Source: an uncultured Alphaproteobacteria bacterium
GTDB taxonomy: Bacteria > Pseudomonadota > Alphaproteobacteria > RF32 > CAG-239
NCBI GenBank assembly: GCA_934254675.1
Contig: CAKQLP010000004.1
Location: forward strand, 67,713 to 131,712
DNA length: 64,000 bases
Reading direction: 5' to 3'
Shown: piece by piece, positions 37,798-47,148 of the stretch
How positions within the stretch are numbered: the first letter of the stretch is position 1
Layout of the letters: each line of letters begins with the position of its first letter
Program-made: the position numbers and the translations under genes
Notes under the pieces: generated by a model
What the model was told of the DNA's origin: nothing
The model's database searches: none
Seen by the model: the letters and a program-made list of their open reading frames with translations, nothing else

Positions 37798-38646
37798 ATG
37801 CATAAGAATTCTTTACGTACAGTCATTATGGGGTGCACTTTTCCTGTTATTTTCAACCACCTTTTAAATGTCATTCTCGGATTTATTCCGAGAATCCATT
37901 CAAAACACTCTTTTTTGGATACTCGGAACAGACTGTTCGTCACGACCGAGTATGATATTGAAGTGGTGAGAAGTGTTGGTACATCTGAAAATGACAATCT
38001 TGTTGCACAGTGCGGTCGTTCTATGATTGAAATGCTCGGCGTGCTGGCTGTCGTTGGTGTATTGAGTGTTGGCGGTATTGCCGGATATTCAAAAGCGGTG
38101 CGAATGTATAAATCTAATATTCAGAAAAGAATGATTTCAAGTATGGTAGCCAATATGATAAATATACGCGATAAATTGGATAGCAAATCACAAGAATTGG
38201 AAAATATAACTTATATATTTGAAGCAATGAGTGACATTCCGGAAGGGCTTACTTATAAAAATAATTATTTATATGACACGGAAGGTAATGAAATTTATAT
38301 AAATTATGGGGTAGGTGTTTGGAATAATCAAGATGGATCGCAAGGAAAACAATTTGTTTATGGATTTCGTTTTAACTATATTTCATCAGCATCTATTATT
38401 TTACCATCTGCAGAAGATTTTTGTTTAAATGCACTACAAGTTATAAAAGAACATTATATGAAAGATTTTTATTCTTTTAAGGTTGAATATAGTGATTCAT
38501 TATCTTGGGACAAAAGAAAACAGGATGTTTTATATAATAAAAACGCATTATCCAGCGCTAATTTAACTGATATTTATAAGAAATGTAAAATCACCTTTAA
38601 TGAAAAAGGAAGTGTTCGTTTTTCATTAATGCTAAATCCTTATTAA
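37798..38646 (+). CDS. Type IV pilin/pseudopilin-like protein with a class III (prepilin-peptidase) signal. The N-terminal extent is uncertain.
   Basis: ...QCG|RSMIEMLGVLAVVGVLSVGGIAGY: Gly at -1, Glu at +5, hydrophobic helix. The ATG at 37798 has a GGAG SD but would give a 62-aa leader running through the repeat. A later GTG is possible. Confidence 0.5.
   Translation: MHKNSLRTVIMGCTFPVIFNHLLNVILGFIPRIHSKHSFLDTRNRLFVTTEYDIEVVRSVGTSENDNLVAQCGRSMIEMLGVLAVVGVLSVGGIAGYSKAVRMYKSNIQKRMISSMVANMINIRDKLDSKSQELENITYIFEAMSDIPEGLTYKNNYLYDTEGNEIYINYGVGVWNNQDGSQGKQFVYGFRFNYISSASIILPSAEDFCLNALQVIKEHYMKDFYSFKVEYSDSLSWDKRKQDVLYNKNALSSANLTDIYKKCKITFNEKGSVRFSLMLNPY
37870..37955 (+). repeat. Dispersed palindromic repeat, copy C (hairpin pair only).
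   Basis: GTCATTCTCGGATTTATTCCGAGAATCCAT...GGATACTCGG...GACCGAGTATGA. About 88 percent identical to the cores of copies A and B. Confidence 0.65.
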
Positions 38647-38682
38647 AAAACTCCCCGCTAAGTTAATAACGGGGAGTTTTTT
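38645..38682. terminator. Bidirectional terminator between the pilin-like gene and ppdK.
   Basis: AAAAAACTCCCCG-CTAAGTTAATAA-CGGGGAGTTTTTT. Confidence 0.7.
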
Positions 38683-38700
38683 GTAGTCAATCTCTAAAGA

Positions 38701-41379
38701 TTAAGCAGCTTTCTTTTCTGCGTGGTCTTTTTGAGTTTTACCATATTTGATAGCAGCTTGAGCTGCGGCCAAACGAGCTACCGGTACACGGAACGGTGAG
38801 CAAGACACATAGTCTAAACCGCACTGTTGGAAGAACTCGATGGATTTAGGGTCACCACCATGTTCACCGCAAACGCCCAACAACAAGTCTGGGTTAGTTT
38901 GACGACCGCATTCGCAAGCGCGTTTAACCAATTTACCAACACCATCAACATCAATAGAAGCAAACGGATCTGCAACATAAATGCCTTTAGCGCGATAGCA
39001 ATCCAAGATGGCACCGGTATCGTCACGGCTCATACCCAAAGTTGTTTGAGTCAAGTCGTTTGTACCAAAACCAAAGAATGCAGCAGAAGCGGCAATTTCT
39101 TCAGCCATCAAAGCGGCTCTTGGCAATTCAATCATTGTACCAACTTCATATTCAATAGATTTGCCTTTTTCAGCAAACAAAGCTTGAGCAGTTGTATCAA
39201 TGATGTTTTTAACAATATCCAATTCTTTCTTAGAACCAACCAATGGAACTTCGATTTCAGGCATAACATTAACGCCTTCTTTACGGCATTCCATAGCAGC
39301 TTCCAAGATAGCGCGAGTTTGCATTTCGCAGATTTCCGGATAAGTAATTGGCAAACGGCAACCACGATGACCCAACATAGGGTTCATTTCGTGCAAAGAG
39401 TTAGCGCGGTTTTTAACTTCGGCTAAAGTTTTGCCCATTTTATCAGCCAATTCCTGCATTTCTGCATCTGTGTGAGGCAAAAATTCATGGAGCGGTGGAT
39501 CCAACAAACGAATAACTACAGGGAAACCATTCATGGTTCTGTACAATTCTTTGAAGTCTTCTTTTTGATATGGCAACAATTTAGCCAAAGCAGCACGGCG
39601 GCCGGCTTCGTCATCAGACAAAATCATTGTGCGCATATCAGAAATTCTTTTAGCGTCAAAGAACATGTGTTCAGTACGAGCCAAACCAATACCTTCGGCA
39701 CCAAATGCCAAAGCTTGTTTCGCATCAGCCGGAGTTTCTGCGTTGGCGCGAACGTGCATTGTGCGGATTTCATCAACCCAACCCATAAATGTACCGAAGT
39801 TACCGGTCATAGATGCGCTGACAGTTGGAATTTCACCTTCAATGATTTGACCTTTAGCACCATCCAAAGATACCCAATCGCCTTCTTTAATTACAACGCC
39901 GGATTTTGTTGACATTGTTTTAGTTTTGTAGTCGATGGTGATATCTGTTGAACCGGATACGCAAGGAGTACCCATACCACGAGCAACCACAGCAGCGTGA
40001 GAAGTCATACCGCCGCGAGCAGTGATCACACCTTGAGAAGCGTGCATACCACCAATATCTTCCGGAGAAGTTTCGTTACGGATAAGGATAACTTTTTCAC
40101 CTTTAGCGGCCCAAGCTTCTGCATCTTCAGCGCAGAATACGGCACGACCAACAGCGGCACCAGGAGAAGCCGGCAAACCATTAGCAATTACTTTTTTGTT
40201 GGCTTTAGGGTCCAACATTGGGTGCAACAATTGGTCTAATTGGTCAGCACCAACGCGCATGATAGCTTCTTCTTTAGTCAACAAACCTTCGTTAACCATT
40301 TCAACAGCCATTCTTACAGCAGCGGCGGCAGTTCTTTTACCATTACGGCATTGCAACATCCACAATTTTTTGTGTTCAATGGTGAATTCCATATCTTGCA
40401 TATCTTTGTAGTGTGCTTCCAAAGCGTTGCGAACATCTACAAGTTGTTGATACAAATCTGGCCACAATTCTTCCAAAGAGTTGCCTTTGCCTTCAGAACC
40501 CATAGGTTGCGGAGTACGAATACCAGCCACAACGTCTTCACCTTGAGCGTTGATTAAGTATTCACCATAATATCTGTTTTCACCGGTTGCAGGGTCACGA
40601 GAGAAGCATACACCGGTTGCAGAATCATCGCCGGCATTACCGAACACCATGGTTTGAACGTTACAAGCTGTACCCCAATCACCAGGGATGTTGTTCAATT
40701 TACGATAGGTGATGGCGCGGGCTGCGTTCCAAGAACCAAATACGGCACCGATACCAAGCCACAATTGTTCCCAAGGGTCTTGTGGAACAACTTTACCCAA
40801 TTTTTTACCAATTTCTTTGTATTCGTTTACCAATTCTTTCAAGTCATCGGTTGTCATATCTGTATCAGATTTATAACCTTTGGCTTTTTTCATAGCTTCA
40901 AGAGCGCCTTCATATTCATCAAGGTCTGCGCCCAAAACTACATCAGAGAACATTTGGATAAAACGACGATAAGAATCATAAGCGAATCTTTCATTACCAG
41001 AAACTTTAGCCAAACCTTTAACGCTTTCATCGTTCAAACCAAGGTTCAAAACGGTGTCCATCATACCAGGCATAGAAATTCTTGCGCCGGAACGAACAGA
41101 GAACAACAGCGGATTTTCAGGATCGGCAAATTTTTTACCCATAATGGCTTCAACGCCGGCAACAGCTGCTTTAACTTGGTCTTTCAAGTCAGCAGGATAT
41201 GTGTTGTTGTTTGCATAGTAATATGTGCAAACGTCTGTTGTAACGGTGAATCCAGGAGGAACAGGCAAGCCAACTTTGTTCATTTCTGCCAAGTTAGCAC
41301 CTTTACCGCCCAGGAGATTACGCATGTTGGCATCGCCTTCTGCTTTGCCATTTCCAAATGTATATACCCATTTACTCAT
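38701..41379 (-). CDS. ppdK: Pyruvate, phosphate dikinase.
   Basis: 892 aa. N-terminal ATP-grasp, central phospho-His domain (GGMTSHAAVVARGMG) and C-terminal PEP-utilising TIM barrel. Confidence 0.9.
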   Translation of the reverse strand: MSKWVYTFGNGKAEGDANMRNLLGGKGANLAEMNKVGLPVPPGFTVTTDVCTYYYANNNTYPADLKDQVKAAVAGVEAIMGKKFADPENPLLFSVRSGARISMPGMMDTVLNLGLNDESVKGLAKVSGNERFAYDSYRRFIQMFSDVVLGADLDEYEGALEAMKKAKGYKSDTDMTTDDLKELVNEYKEIGKKLGKVVPQDPWEQLWLGIGAVFGSWNAARAITYRKLNNIPGDWGTACNVQTMVFGNAGDDSATGVCFSRDPATGENRYYGEYLINAQGEDVVAGIRTPQPMGSEGKGNSLEELWPDLYQQLVDVRNALEAHYKDMQDMEFTIEHKKLWMLQCRNGKRTAAAAVRMAVEMVNEGLLTKEEAIMRVGADQLDQLLHPMLDPKANKKVIANGLPASPGAAVGRAVFCAEDAEAWAAKGEKVILIRNETSPEDIGGMHASQGVITARGGMTSHAAVVARGMGTPCVSGSTDITIDYKTKTMSTKSGVVIKEGDWVSLDGAKGQIIEGEIPTVSASMTGNFGTFMGWVDEIRTMHVRANAETPADAKQALAFGAEGIGLARTEHMFFDAKRISDMRTMILSDDEAGRRAALAKLLPYQKEDFKELYRTMNGFPVVIRLLDPPLHEFLPHTDAEMQELADKMGKTLAEVKNRANSLHEMNPMLGHRGCRLPITYPEICEMQTRAILEAAMECRKEGVNVMPEIEVPLVGSKKELDIVKNIIDTTAQALFAEKGKSIEYEVGTMIELPRAALMAEEIAASAAFFGFGTNDLTQTTLGMSRDDTGAILDCYRAKGIYVADPFASIDVDGVGKLVKRACECGRQTNPDLLLGVCGEHGGDPKSIEFFQQCGLDYVSCSPFRVPVARLAAAQAAIKYGKTQKDHAEKKAA

Positions 41380-41559
41380 GGTTATTTAAGCTCCTATTAG
41401 CTATTTTGTTAAAACGAAGTTACAGTCCGCAAGCGAGCCATAACTAAAATTAAAAAAACTTCAATTTGCCTTGAATGTATAACACAAAATGTCAGACTTC
41501 AAGCAAAATATCACATTTTTTGGGAAAAAAATATGGACATAATTGCTTATTTTTACGCA

Positions 41560-41594
41560 AAAATAAAAAGGTTGTCTAAATTTAAACAACCTTT
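41560..41594 (-). terminator. Terminator downstream of carD.
   Basis: AAGGTTGT-CTAAATTTAA-ACAACCTT flanked by A/T runs. Confidence 0.5.
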
Positions 41595-41618
41595 TCAAAA
41601 TACTCTTTTATATGAAAA

Positions 41619-42131
41619 TTATTTTGCTAAAATATCCAATAATTTTTTATTGGCTTCTTCCATGGTGCAATTGCTGTAAATAGATACTTCGCTGGCCAAG
41701 CGATTAACGGCTTGTTCATAAATTTGACGTTCGCTGTAAGACTGCTCAGCAATATTTTCATTGCGGTATAAATCACGAATAACTTCAGCAATAGCCACTG
41801 GATTTCCTGAATTTATTTTATTTTCATATTCTTGGGCGCGACGCGACCACATAATTTTACGAACTTTTGCTTTGCCTTTAAGGGTTGCAAAAGCTTCATT
41901 CATTGTTTTTTCATCAGATATTTTGCGTAAGCCAACATTTGAGATTTTGGAAGTTGGAATACGGAGAGTCATTTTATCCTTGTCAAAATTTACCACCAGA
42001 AGCTCAAGTTCGGAACCGGCAATATTTTGTTTGGTCACGTCAGCCACTTTACCCACACCATGAGTTGGATAAACAACATATTCGCCGGCGTTGAAAGTTA
42101 GTGATGGTAATTTTTTAATACTCATGTTCAC
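41619..42131 (-). CDS. CarD/CdnL-family RNA-polymerase-binding transcription factor.
   Basis: N-terminal CarD_CdnL_TRCF domain YVVYPTHGVGKV...LELLVVNF. 170 aa. Confidence 0.75.
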   Translation of the reverse strand: MNMSIKKLPSLTFNAGEYVVYPTHGVGKVADVTKQNIAGSELELLVVNFDKDKMTLRIPTSKISNVGLRKISDEKTMNEAFATLKGKAKVRKIMWSRRAQEYENKINSGNPVAIAEVIRDLYRNENIAEQSYSERQIYEQAVNRLASEVSIYSNCTMEEANKKLLDILAK

Positions 42132-42224
42132 TCCAGAAAAATAAAATTTATAACGAAAACAGAATAGAATATATCACATTTTTCGAGTTAAATCCAGAGC
42201 AAAAACGTTAAAAATTTAATTTTT

Positions 42225-42704
42225 TTAAAATTTTTTTATTTTTGGAAATAATTTTGTTTGTCTGAGAGCTTCGGTTAACGCAATAGACGCTGAAACAGCC
42301 ATGTTGATGGAGCGGGCTTCTGGAGACATCGGTATCAATAGTTGAGCGTCAACCAGTTGATGTATTTCTTCTGGAACACCGGCACTTTCACGTCCCATTA
42401 AAATAATATCATTCGGCTTAAATTCAAAATCTAAAAAAGAATTTTTTCCATGAGTTGTCATTAAAACCAGACGACCATATTCATCCGGATGGTTTAAACG
42501 ATAATCCATAAAATCGGCCCAACTGTTATGACGTCGGCAATTAACCAAATCTAAATAATCCATGCCGGCGCGACGCATAGCTTTTTCATTAAAAATGAAT
42601 CCGCAAGGTTCAATAATATCTATTTCAATATTTAAGCAAGCACCCAATCTTAAAAGAGTGCCAGTATTTTGAGGAATATCAGGTTGATATAAAGCTAAGC
42701 GCAT
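42225..42704 (-). CDS. trmL: tRNA (cytidine/uridine-2-prime-O)-methyltransferase TrmL (SpoU family).
   Basis: 159 aa SPOUT fold: LYQPDIPQNTGTLLRLGACLN...RLVLMTTHG. Confidence 0.7.
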   Translation of the reverse strand: MRLALYQPDIPQNTGTLLRLGACLNIEIDIIEPCGFIFNEKAMRRAGMDYLDLVNCRRHNSWADFMDYRLNHPDEYGRLVLMTTHGKNSFLDFEFKPNDIILMGRESAGVPEEIHQLVDAQLLIPMSPEARSINMAVSASIALTEALRQTKLFPKIKKF

Positions 42705-42726
42705 CGTCGGTACTTTCTTTTATAAA

Positions 42727-43182
42727 TTAAGCTGATTTTTTGGCTTCTTCGGCTTCTTTGGCTTTTTTAGCATTGTAAAGAGCTACAAAGTCAACCGGAC
42801 TTAATAACATAGGTGGTAAGCCGGCAGCAGACAAGCTATTGGCAATAATACTGCGGACAAACGGAAACAGTAATCGCGGCAATTCAATACACAAAACCGG
42901 TTCCAAATGTTCTTCCGGAACGTTTACGGAAGCAACAGCGGCATAAGATAATTCAATAATAAACAATGTCTTGCCATCTATATCAGCGTTCATTTTGGCT
43001 GTAAGCGTCACATTATAGTTTCCGTTATCCATTTTTTGATTATGCATACCCATATCAACATTGATATTTGGATTTTTATTCATTTCCTTAAATATTTCAG
43101 GCGCCAAAGGTATTTCCAAAGACATGTCTTTAATGTATTGGCTATGAATCATAATGCCTACCGGTTGTTGATTATTTTCCAT
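42727..43182 (-). CDS. secB: Protein-export chaperone SecB.
   Basis: 151 aa. SecB fold with an acidic/Lys-rich C-terminus. Confidence 0.8.
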   Translation of the reverse strand: MENNQQPVGIMIHSQYIKDMSLEIPLAPEIFKEMNKNPNINVDMGMHNQKMDNGNYNVTLTAKMNADIDGKTLFIIELSYAAVASVNVPEEHLEPVLCIELPRLLFPFVRSIIANSLSAAGLPPMLLSPVDFVALYNAKKAKEAEEAKKSA

Positions 43183-43309
43183 TTTTTTCTCCTTAAAATT
43201 TTTAGTTTACTTAGAAATAATACGAAAAAATCTAATCGTCAAATATTTATATTGATAAAAAATTTAATTGTTTTATATTATATATGTATATTTGAGAGGT
43301 AAAATTAAT

Positions 43310-43933
43310 ATGACTGATATCATTTTTTTGCTGATTTTAGTTGCTGCGCTAGCTATACGCTTATACAGCGTTTTTGGAAAAGGCGAAAATAATAAAAATA
43401 TTCGTATTGTTTTAAAGCCTGTTCGTAAAAATTCAGGACAAGAATTTGTTGACAATGTTGTTGAAATGTCGCAAGCGGAACAATTTATGGAAAAAAATAA
43501 AATAATGGATGAAAAATCTTCTGACTTTAATAAAGAAATGTTTTTGAATGGCGCTCGAAAAGTTTTTGAATTGGTTTTACACGCTTTTAGCAGTGGAGAT
43601 TTGTCTTCAGTAAAAGATTTGGTTAGTAAAAAAGTTTTTGATGCTTTTAATGGAACTTTAATGGAACGCAAAGAAAAAAATATGACATCTGAGGTTGATT
43701 TTATTTGCTTTGATAAAAGCGAAGTTAAAGATGTTAAGATGTTGAAAAATAGCATTAAAGTTGTGGTCGAATTTGTAAGCGAACAAGTTAATTTATTGCG
43801 CAATGCCGAAGGTGAAGTGGTGGAAGGTGATGAAAACTTTGTGCAAAAAATCACCGATGTTTGGACTTTTGAAAGAATGTTAAATGCAAAAAATAACAAT
43901 TGGGTGCTGGTTTCCACTAAAAAAACAGCTTAG
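43310..43933 (+). CDS. Tim44-like domain protein (alphaproteobacterial secB neighbour).
   Basis: N-terminal TM segment MTDIIFLLILVAALAI, then a Tim44-like C-terminal domain. GAGAGG SD. This is the canonical position divergent from secB. Confidence 0.6.
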   Translation: MTDIIFLLILVAALAIRLYSVFGKGENNKNIRIVLKPVRKNSGQEFVDNVVEMSQAEQFMEKNKIMDEKSSDFNKEMFLNGARKVFELVLHAFSSGDLSSVKDLVSKKVFDAFNGTLMERKEKNMTSEVDFICFDKSEVKDVKMLKNSIKVVVEFVSEQVNLLRNAEGEVVEGDENFVQKITDVWTFERMLNAKNNNWVLVSTKKTA

Positions 43934-45092
43934 TTTTATTTTTTTAGCCGCGTTTTTATTGCTTTTAAACGGTTGTTTTCAGGAAAAAAAAGAAATTCCA
44001 ACAACTGAAAAAGGTAAGGTTGTGCTGAAAAAAGCTAGTTTTTCGCAGCTAAGCGGTTGGAATTTAGATGACTTTGGAGAAGTTGTTCCGGTTTTTGCCA
44101 AAAATTGTCAAGCTGTTCTTAAAAATAAAAATACTTATATTTATAATTCGGCAATTAAAGTAAAAACGGCTGATTATAAGCGTGTATGCGAAAAGTTTAA
44201 AACAGCGGGAATAAGTAGCGGTACACAAATGAAAAAATTTATTGAAAACGAATTTGTGCCATATGCCGTGTCTGACAATGGCAATTCCGACGGTAAATTT
44301 ACATCCTATTATGAAGCTGTTATTCACGCGTCTTTTGAAAAAAATTCAAAATACAGATTTCCTGTGTATGGCCGGCCAAATGATTTAATTGAGATTAACT
44401 TAAAAGATTTTGATAATTCTTTGCCTAATACGCGTTTAGTGGGAAGAGTAGAGGGTAAAAAATTTGTTCCTTATTATAATCGCCGTGAAATAGAGCAAAA
44501 TGGAGTGTCTGCACCGGTTTTGATGTGGGGTGACGATTTGGTCGATATTCACTTTATGCAAATTCAAGGCTCGGCAATTGCTGTTATGGATGACGGCTCA
44601 GAATTGAGGATTGGTTTTGCTGACAGCAATGGGCGGAAATTTAAAGGAATTGGCTCTATTTTGTTACAAAAAGGGTTAATAAAGCCGGAAGATGCTTCAA
44701 TGATGAAAATTAGGGAATGGTTAAGGAAAAATCCTCAAAAAGCGGCTGAGATAATGGCAGAAAATGAACGCTTTATCTTTCAGCGTGTAGTTGATGCGGA
44801 TGGTCCAGTTGGCGCAATGGGACTCTCTTTAACGGCCGGACGCAGCATGGCGGTGGATAATCAATATGTTCCTTTGGGAGCTATGTTATGGTTGGACACC
44901 ATTAATCCGGATAAAAATAAAATAGAAAAAATTGTGTTTGCGCAAGACATTGGTAGCGCAATAAAAGGTGTTGTTCGTGGCGATTATTTTTGGGGACATG
45001 GCGAGGATGCTTTGGCTCAAGCCGGACGAATGAATTCAGCGGGGAAATATTATTTGCTTGCGCCTAAATATTCTGCGCCGAAGGTAAATTAA
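43884..45092 (+). CDS. mltA: Membrane-bound lytic murein transglycosylase A (lipoprotein).
   Basis: Lipobox LLLNGC, the MltA domain and a 3D domain (QDIGSAIKG...DYFWGHGEDA). The start overlaps the upstream gene and is uncertain. Confidence 0.75.
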   Translation: MQKITIGCWFPLKKQLSFIFLAAFLLLLNGCFQEKKEIPTTEKGKVVLKKASFSQLSGWNLDDFGEVVPVFAKNCQAVLKNKNTYIYNSAIKVKTADYKRVCEKFKTAGISSGTQMKKFIENEFVPYAVSDNGNSDGKFTSYYEAVIHASFEKNSKYRFPVYGRPNDLIEINLKDFDNSLPNTRLVGRVEGKKFVPYYNRREIEQNGVSAPVLMWGDDLVDIHFMQIQGSAIAVMDDGSELRIGFADSNGRKFKGIGSILLQKGLIKPEDASMMKIREWLRKNPQKAAEIMAENERFIFQRVVDADGPVGAMGLSLTAGRSMAVDNQYVPLGAMLWLDTINPDKNKIEKIVFAQDIGSAIKGVVRGDYFWGHGEDALAQAGRMNSAGKYYLLAPKYSAPKVN

Positions 45093-45628
45093 TGTCTGAG
45101 CAAAAAGAAGATGAAGAATTTTGGTTTGAAACTGTTAAAGATGTTAAAAAAACAGTTTCAAGTCAGATTGTTTCACGTGAAAAAGCTTATAAACCTGTGA
45201 TAAAAGAAAAAGTCTTTTATGCCACCAAACAAGAATTTTCGACTTATTCAAAATTTTTAGATGATTTTGAAAGCGGCGGAATAGATAAATCTACTTTACG
45301 CAAGTTTAAACGTGAAGAGTTCAGAGTGGAAGCTGTTTTGGATTTGCATGGTTTAACCGAGGACGAAGCTTTTGCTAAGGTGGATAGTTTTATTCCGCAA
45401 AGTTATGCTCTAGGTCGCCGCTGTGTGATGATTATTACCGGAAAAGGAATCCGCGCGCATCCGGATGACGATATTTTTACAGCTAAAGGCGTTTTGCGTA
45501 AACAAGTGCCGCAATGGCTGAATATGGCGAGACTTAGGGCTATGATTTTAATTTATAAACATCCTTCCGAAAAAATGGGTGGAACCGGCGCTCTTTATAT
45601 CTTACTGCGTCGTAACAAGGAACTTTAG
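45092..45628 (+). CDS. Smr-domain protein.
   Basis: C-terminal Smr domain (LDLHGLTEDEA...MIITGKG). ATG overlaps the mltA stop (TAATG). Confidence 0.7.
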   Translation: MSEQKEDEEFWFETVKDVKKTVSSQIVSREKAYKPVIKEKVFYATKQEFSTYSKFLDDFESGGIDKSTLRKFKREEFRVEAVLDLHGLTEDEAFAKVDSFIPQSYALGRRCVMIITGKGIRAHPDDDIFTAKGVLRKQVPQWLNMARLRAMILIYKHPSEKMGGTGALYILLRRNKEL

Positions 45629-46719
45629 TAGGCGCGGCGTAAAGCGCGTTTCATATATTGTTGTGTAATATTATATTCCGAATCATAAAAAGTTTCTTTT
45701 GATTTGACGTTTAATTTTTCGGATACTTTGTTTCTAAAATATTGTTCAAGGTTATAAGTAACAAGTTCCATCGGTATGGATAAATACGTTTCTGCATGGT
45801 TTTGTAAATAATCCAAGCGGTGGCTGAACATTTCTTCCATTTCAGGAAATTCTGGATAGTTAACATTAGATTGCGCAATATGCGTTGTTTCGTGAAAAGC
45901 TAAAGTCAAACATTCAATGCCGTTATACTTTTTTAAAAAATCTTTATTTAGATAAATATCTTGATAATCCGCATAAGCATCTGCTTGCGTCCATTCTGCC
46001 ACTTGTTCGTCATTGTTTATCTGTTTTTGGCTTAGATAATGAATTTTCGGCGGTTTGACACCGTTCACTTTTGCGGTTATGCGACTGGTTTCACTTAAAA
46101 TAAAACGCTGTTCCTTTTCTGGCAAGGAATGAAAATTTTCCAATTTATTTTTTATATCAGGCAAAGAAGCTATTTCAGATACAATTTGTCGTACTTTTTG
46201 GTATTCGTTTTCCATAAAGCGTGGAGAAATTTTAAGTTGAAGCAAAGCTTGGAATTTTTCACTATTTTGTTCGATAAATTCATTTTGGTGCAAGCGTTGT
46301 TGTTCTGTTGGGAAAATTGTTTGCGCATAAGAAAATAGAATATCAAGTTTTTTCCGATTGCTTAAATTTTCTAACAATCTTGGCGAAGCCTTGCGCAAAA
46401 TACGTTGATTGCGGCGTTTGTTTGTTGGCATAAAATAAATTCCATGGTCAGAGCAATCATAAATCATATCGCCAAAATGTTGATAAGATGTTTCATTTAA
46501 GTTATCCAGTGTAAAGCCTTTTATTTTAATCCAAATATCTTTTTTATTTTGTCCGCTGACGCATTTGTAATTCTTAAATATTTCTTTTATCTTTTGAATA
46601 TGGCTTGGGCGATAAACCTTAAATTTTACAAATTCATATGCATAGTCGTCTATATTTGGAACTATGTTTAAAATATCAGTGTGGCGTTCGAGCCATATAT
46701 AATCAGCTTTATTTATCAT
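45625..46719 (-). CDS. Hypothetical 364-aa HExxH (HETTH) zincin-like protein, paralog of the 974..2914 product.
   Basis: CLTLAFHETTHIAQ...EMEEMFSHRLDYLQNHAETYLS aligns with FLTLNHELVHI...RLQVEDERSAYLS of the 646-aa protein. Basic C-terminus KRALRRAY. Confidence 0.55.
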   Translation of the reverse strand: MINKADYIWLERHTDILNIVPNIDDYAYEFVKFKVYRPSHIQKIKEIFKNYKCVSGQNKKDIWIKIKGFTLDNLNETSYQHFGDMIYDCSDHGIYFMPTNKRRNQRILRKASPRLLENLSNRKKLDILFSYAQTIFPTEQQRLHQNEFIEQNSEKFQALLQLKISPRFMENEYQKVRQIVSEIASLPDIKNKLENFHSLPEKEQRFILSETSRITAKVNGVKPPKIHYLSQKQINNDEQVAEWTQADAYADYQDIYLNKDFLKKYNGIECLTLAFHETTHIAQSNVNYPEFPEMEEMFSHRLDYLQNHAETYLSIPMELVTYNLEQYFRNKVSEKLNVKSKETFYDSEYNITQQYMKRALRRAY

Positions 46720-46834
46720 GAAAAAAGTATAATACTTTTTTGACTAAAAATAAACAAAATTTTTAAAATTTTAATTTTAACAACTTTTTAACTTCAATAT
46801 TTGCATAATAGAGTAGATAATTAGGGAGATTAAA

Positions 46835-47110
46835 ATGAAAAAATTATTTATATTGGGATTTGTAGCATTAGTTGCTGCTTGTTCTTCATCACCAAAAGAA
46901 ACTTATCCATATGGTTTAAGCGAATCTGAATGGAATCAACTTTCTATTAAAGATAAGACAAGAATTCGCCGAGATTTTTATTTTTATGAAAAAGGACAAG
47001 TGAATTTTGTAAATCCGGATATGGATATTGAAGGTAAAAAAGAGCAACCGAATGTATATCAAAAGAAAATTCAGAAAAAAATTGAAGCGCGAGAAGCTGT
47101 TTTAGAATAA
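46835..47110 (+). CDS. Small lipoprotein (91 aa).
   Basis: MKKLFILGFVALVAAC lipobox. GGGAGA SD. Confidence 0.5.
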   Translation: MKKLFILGFVALVAACSSSPKETYPYGLSESEWNQLSIKDKTRIRRDFYFYEKGQVNFVNPDMDIEGKKEQPNVYQKKIQKKIEAREAVLE

Positions 47111-47117
47111 AAATCAT

Positions 47118-47146
47118 AAAAAACTCTCAATAACGAGAGTTTTTTT
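47118..47146. terminator. Bidirectional terminator between convergent genes.
   Basis: AAAAACTCTC-AATAAC-GAGAGTTTTTTT. Confidence 0.65.
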
Positions 47147-47148
47147 CA

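Noticed and set aside
37773-37997. 74-aa minus-strand ORF over repeat copy C.
   Set aside because: It is antisense to the pilin-like gene's 5-prime region and repeat-derived.
38814-41400. Multiple 70-250-aa ORFs on both strands inside ppdK (for example 38827..39426, 40654..41400).
   Set aside because: They are antisense or out of frame within a well-supported 892-aa PPDK gene, typical of shadow ORFs.
43273-43917. 214-aa minus-strand ORF antisense to the Tim44-like gene.
   Set aside because: It has a low-complexity Ser/Thr/Leu composition, no SD, and a fully overlapping sense gene with conserved synteny.
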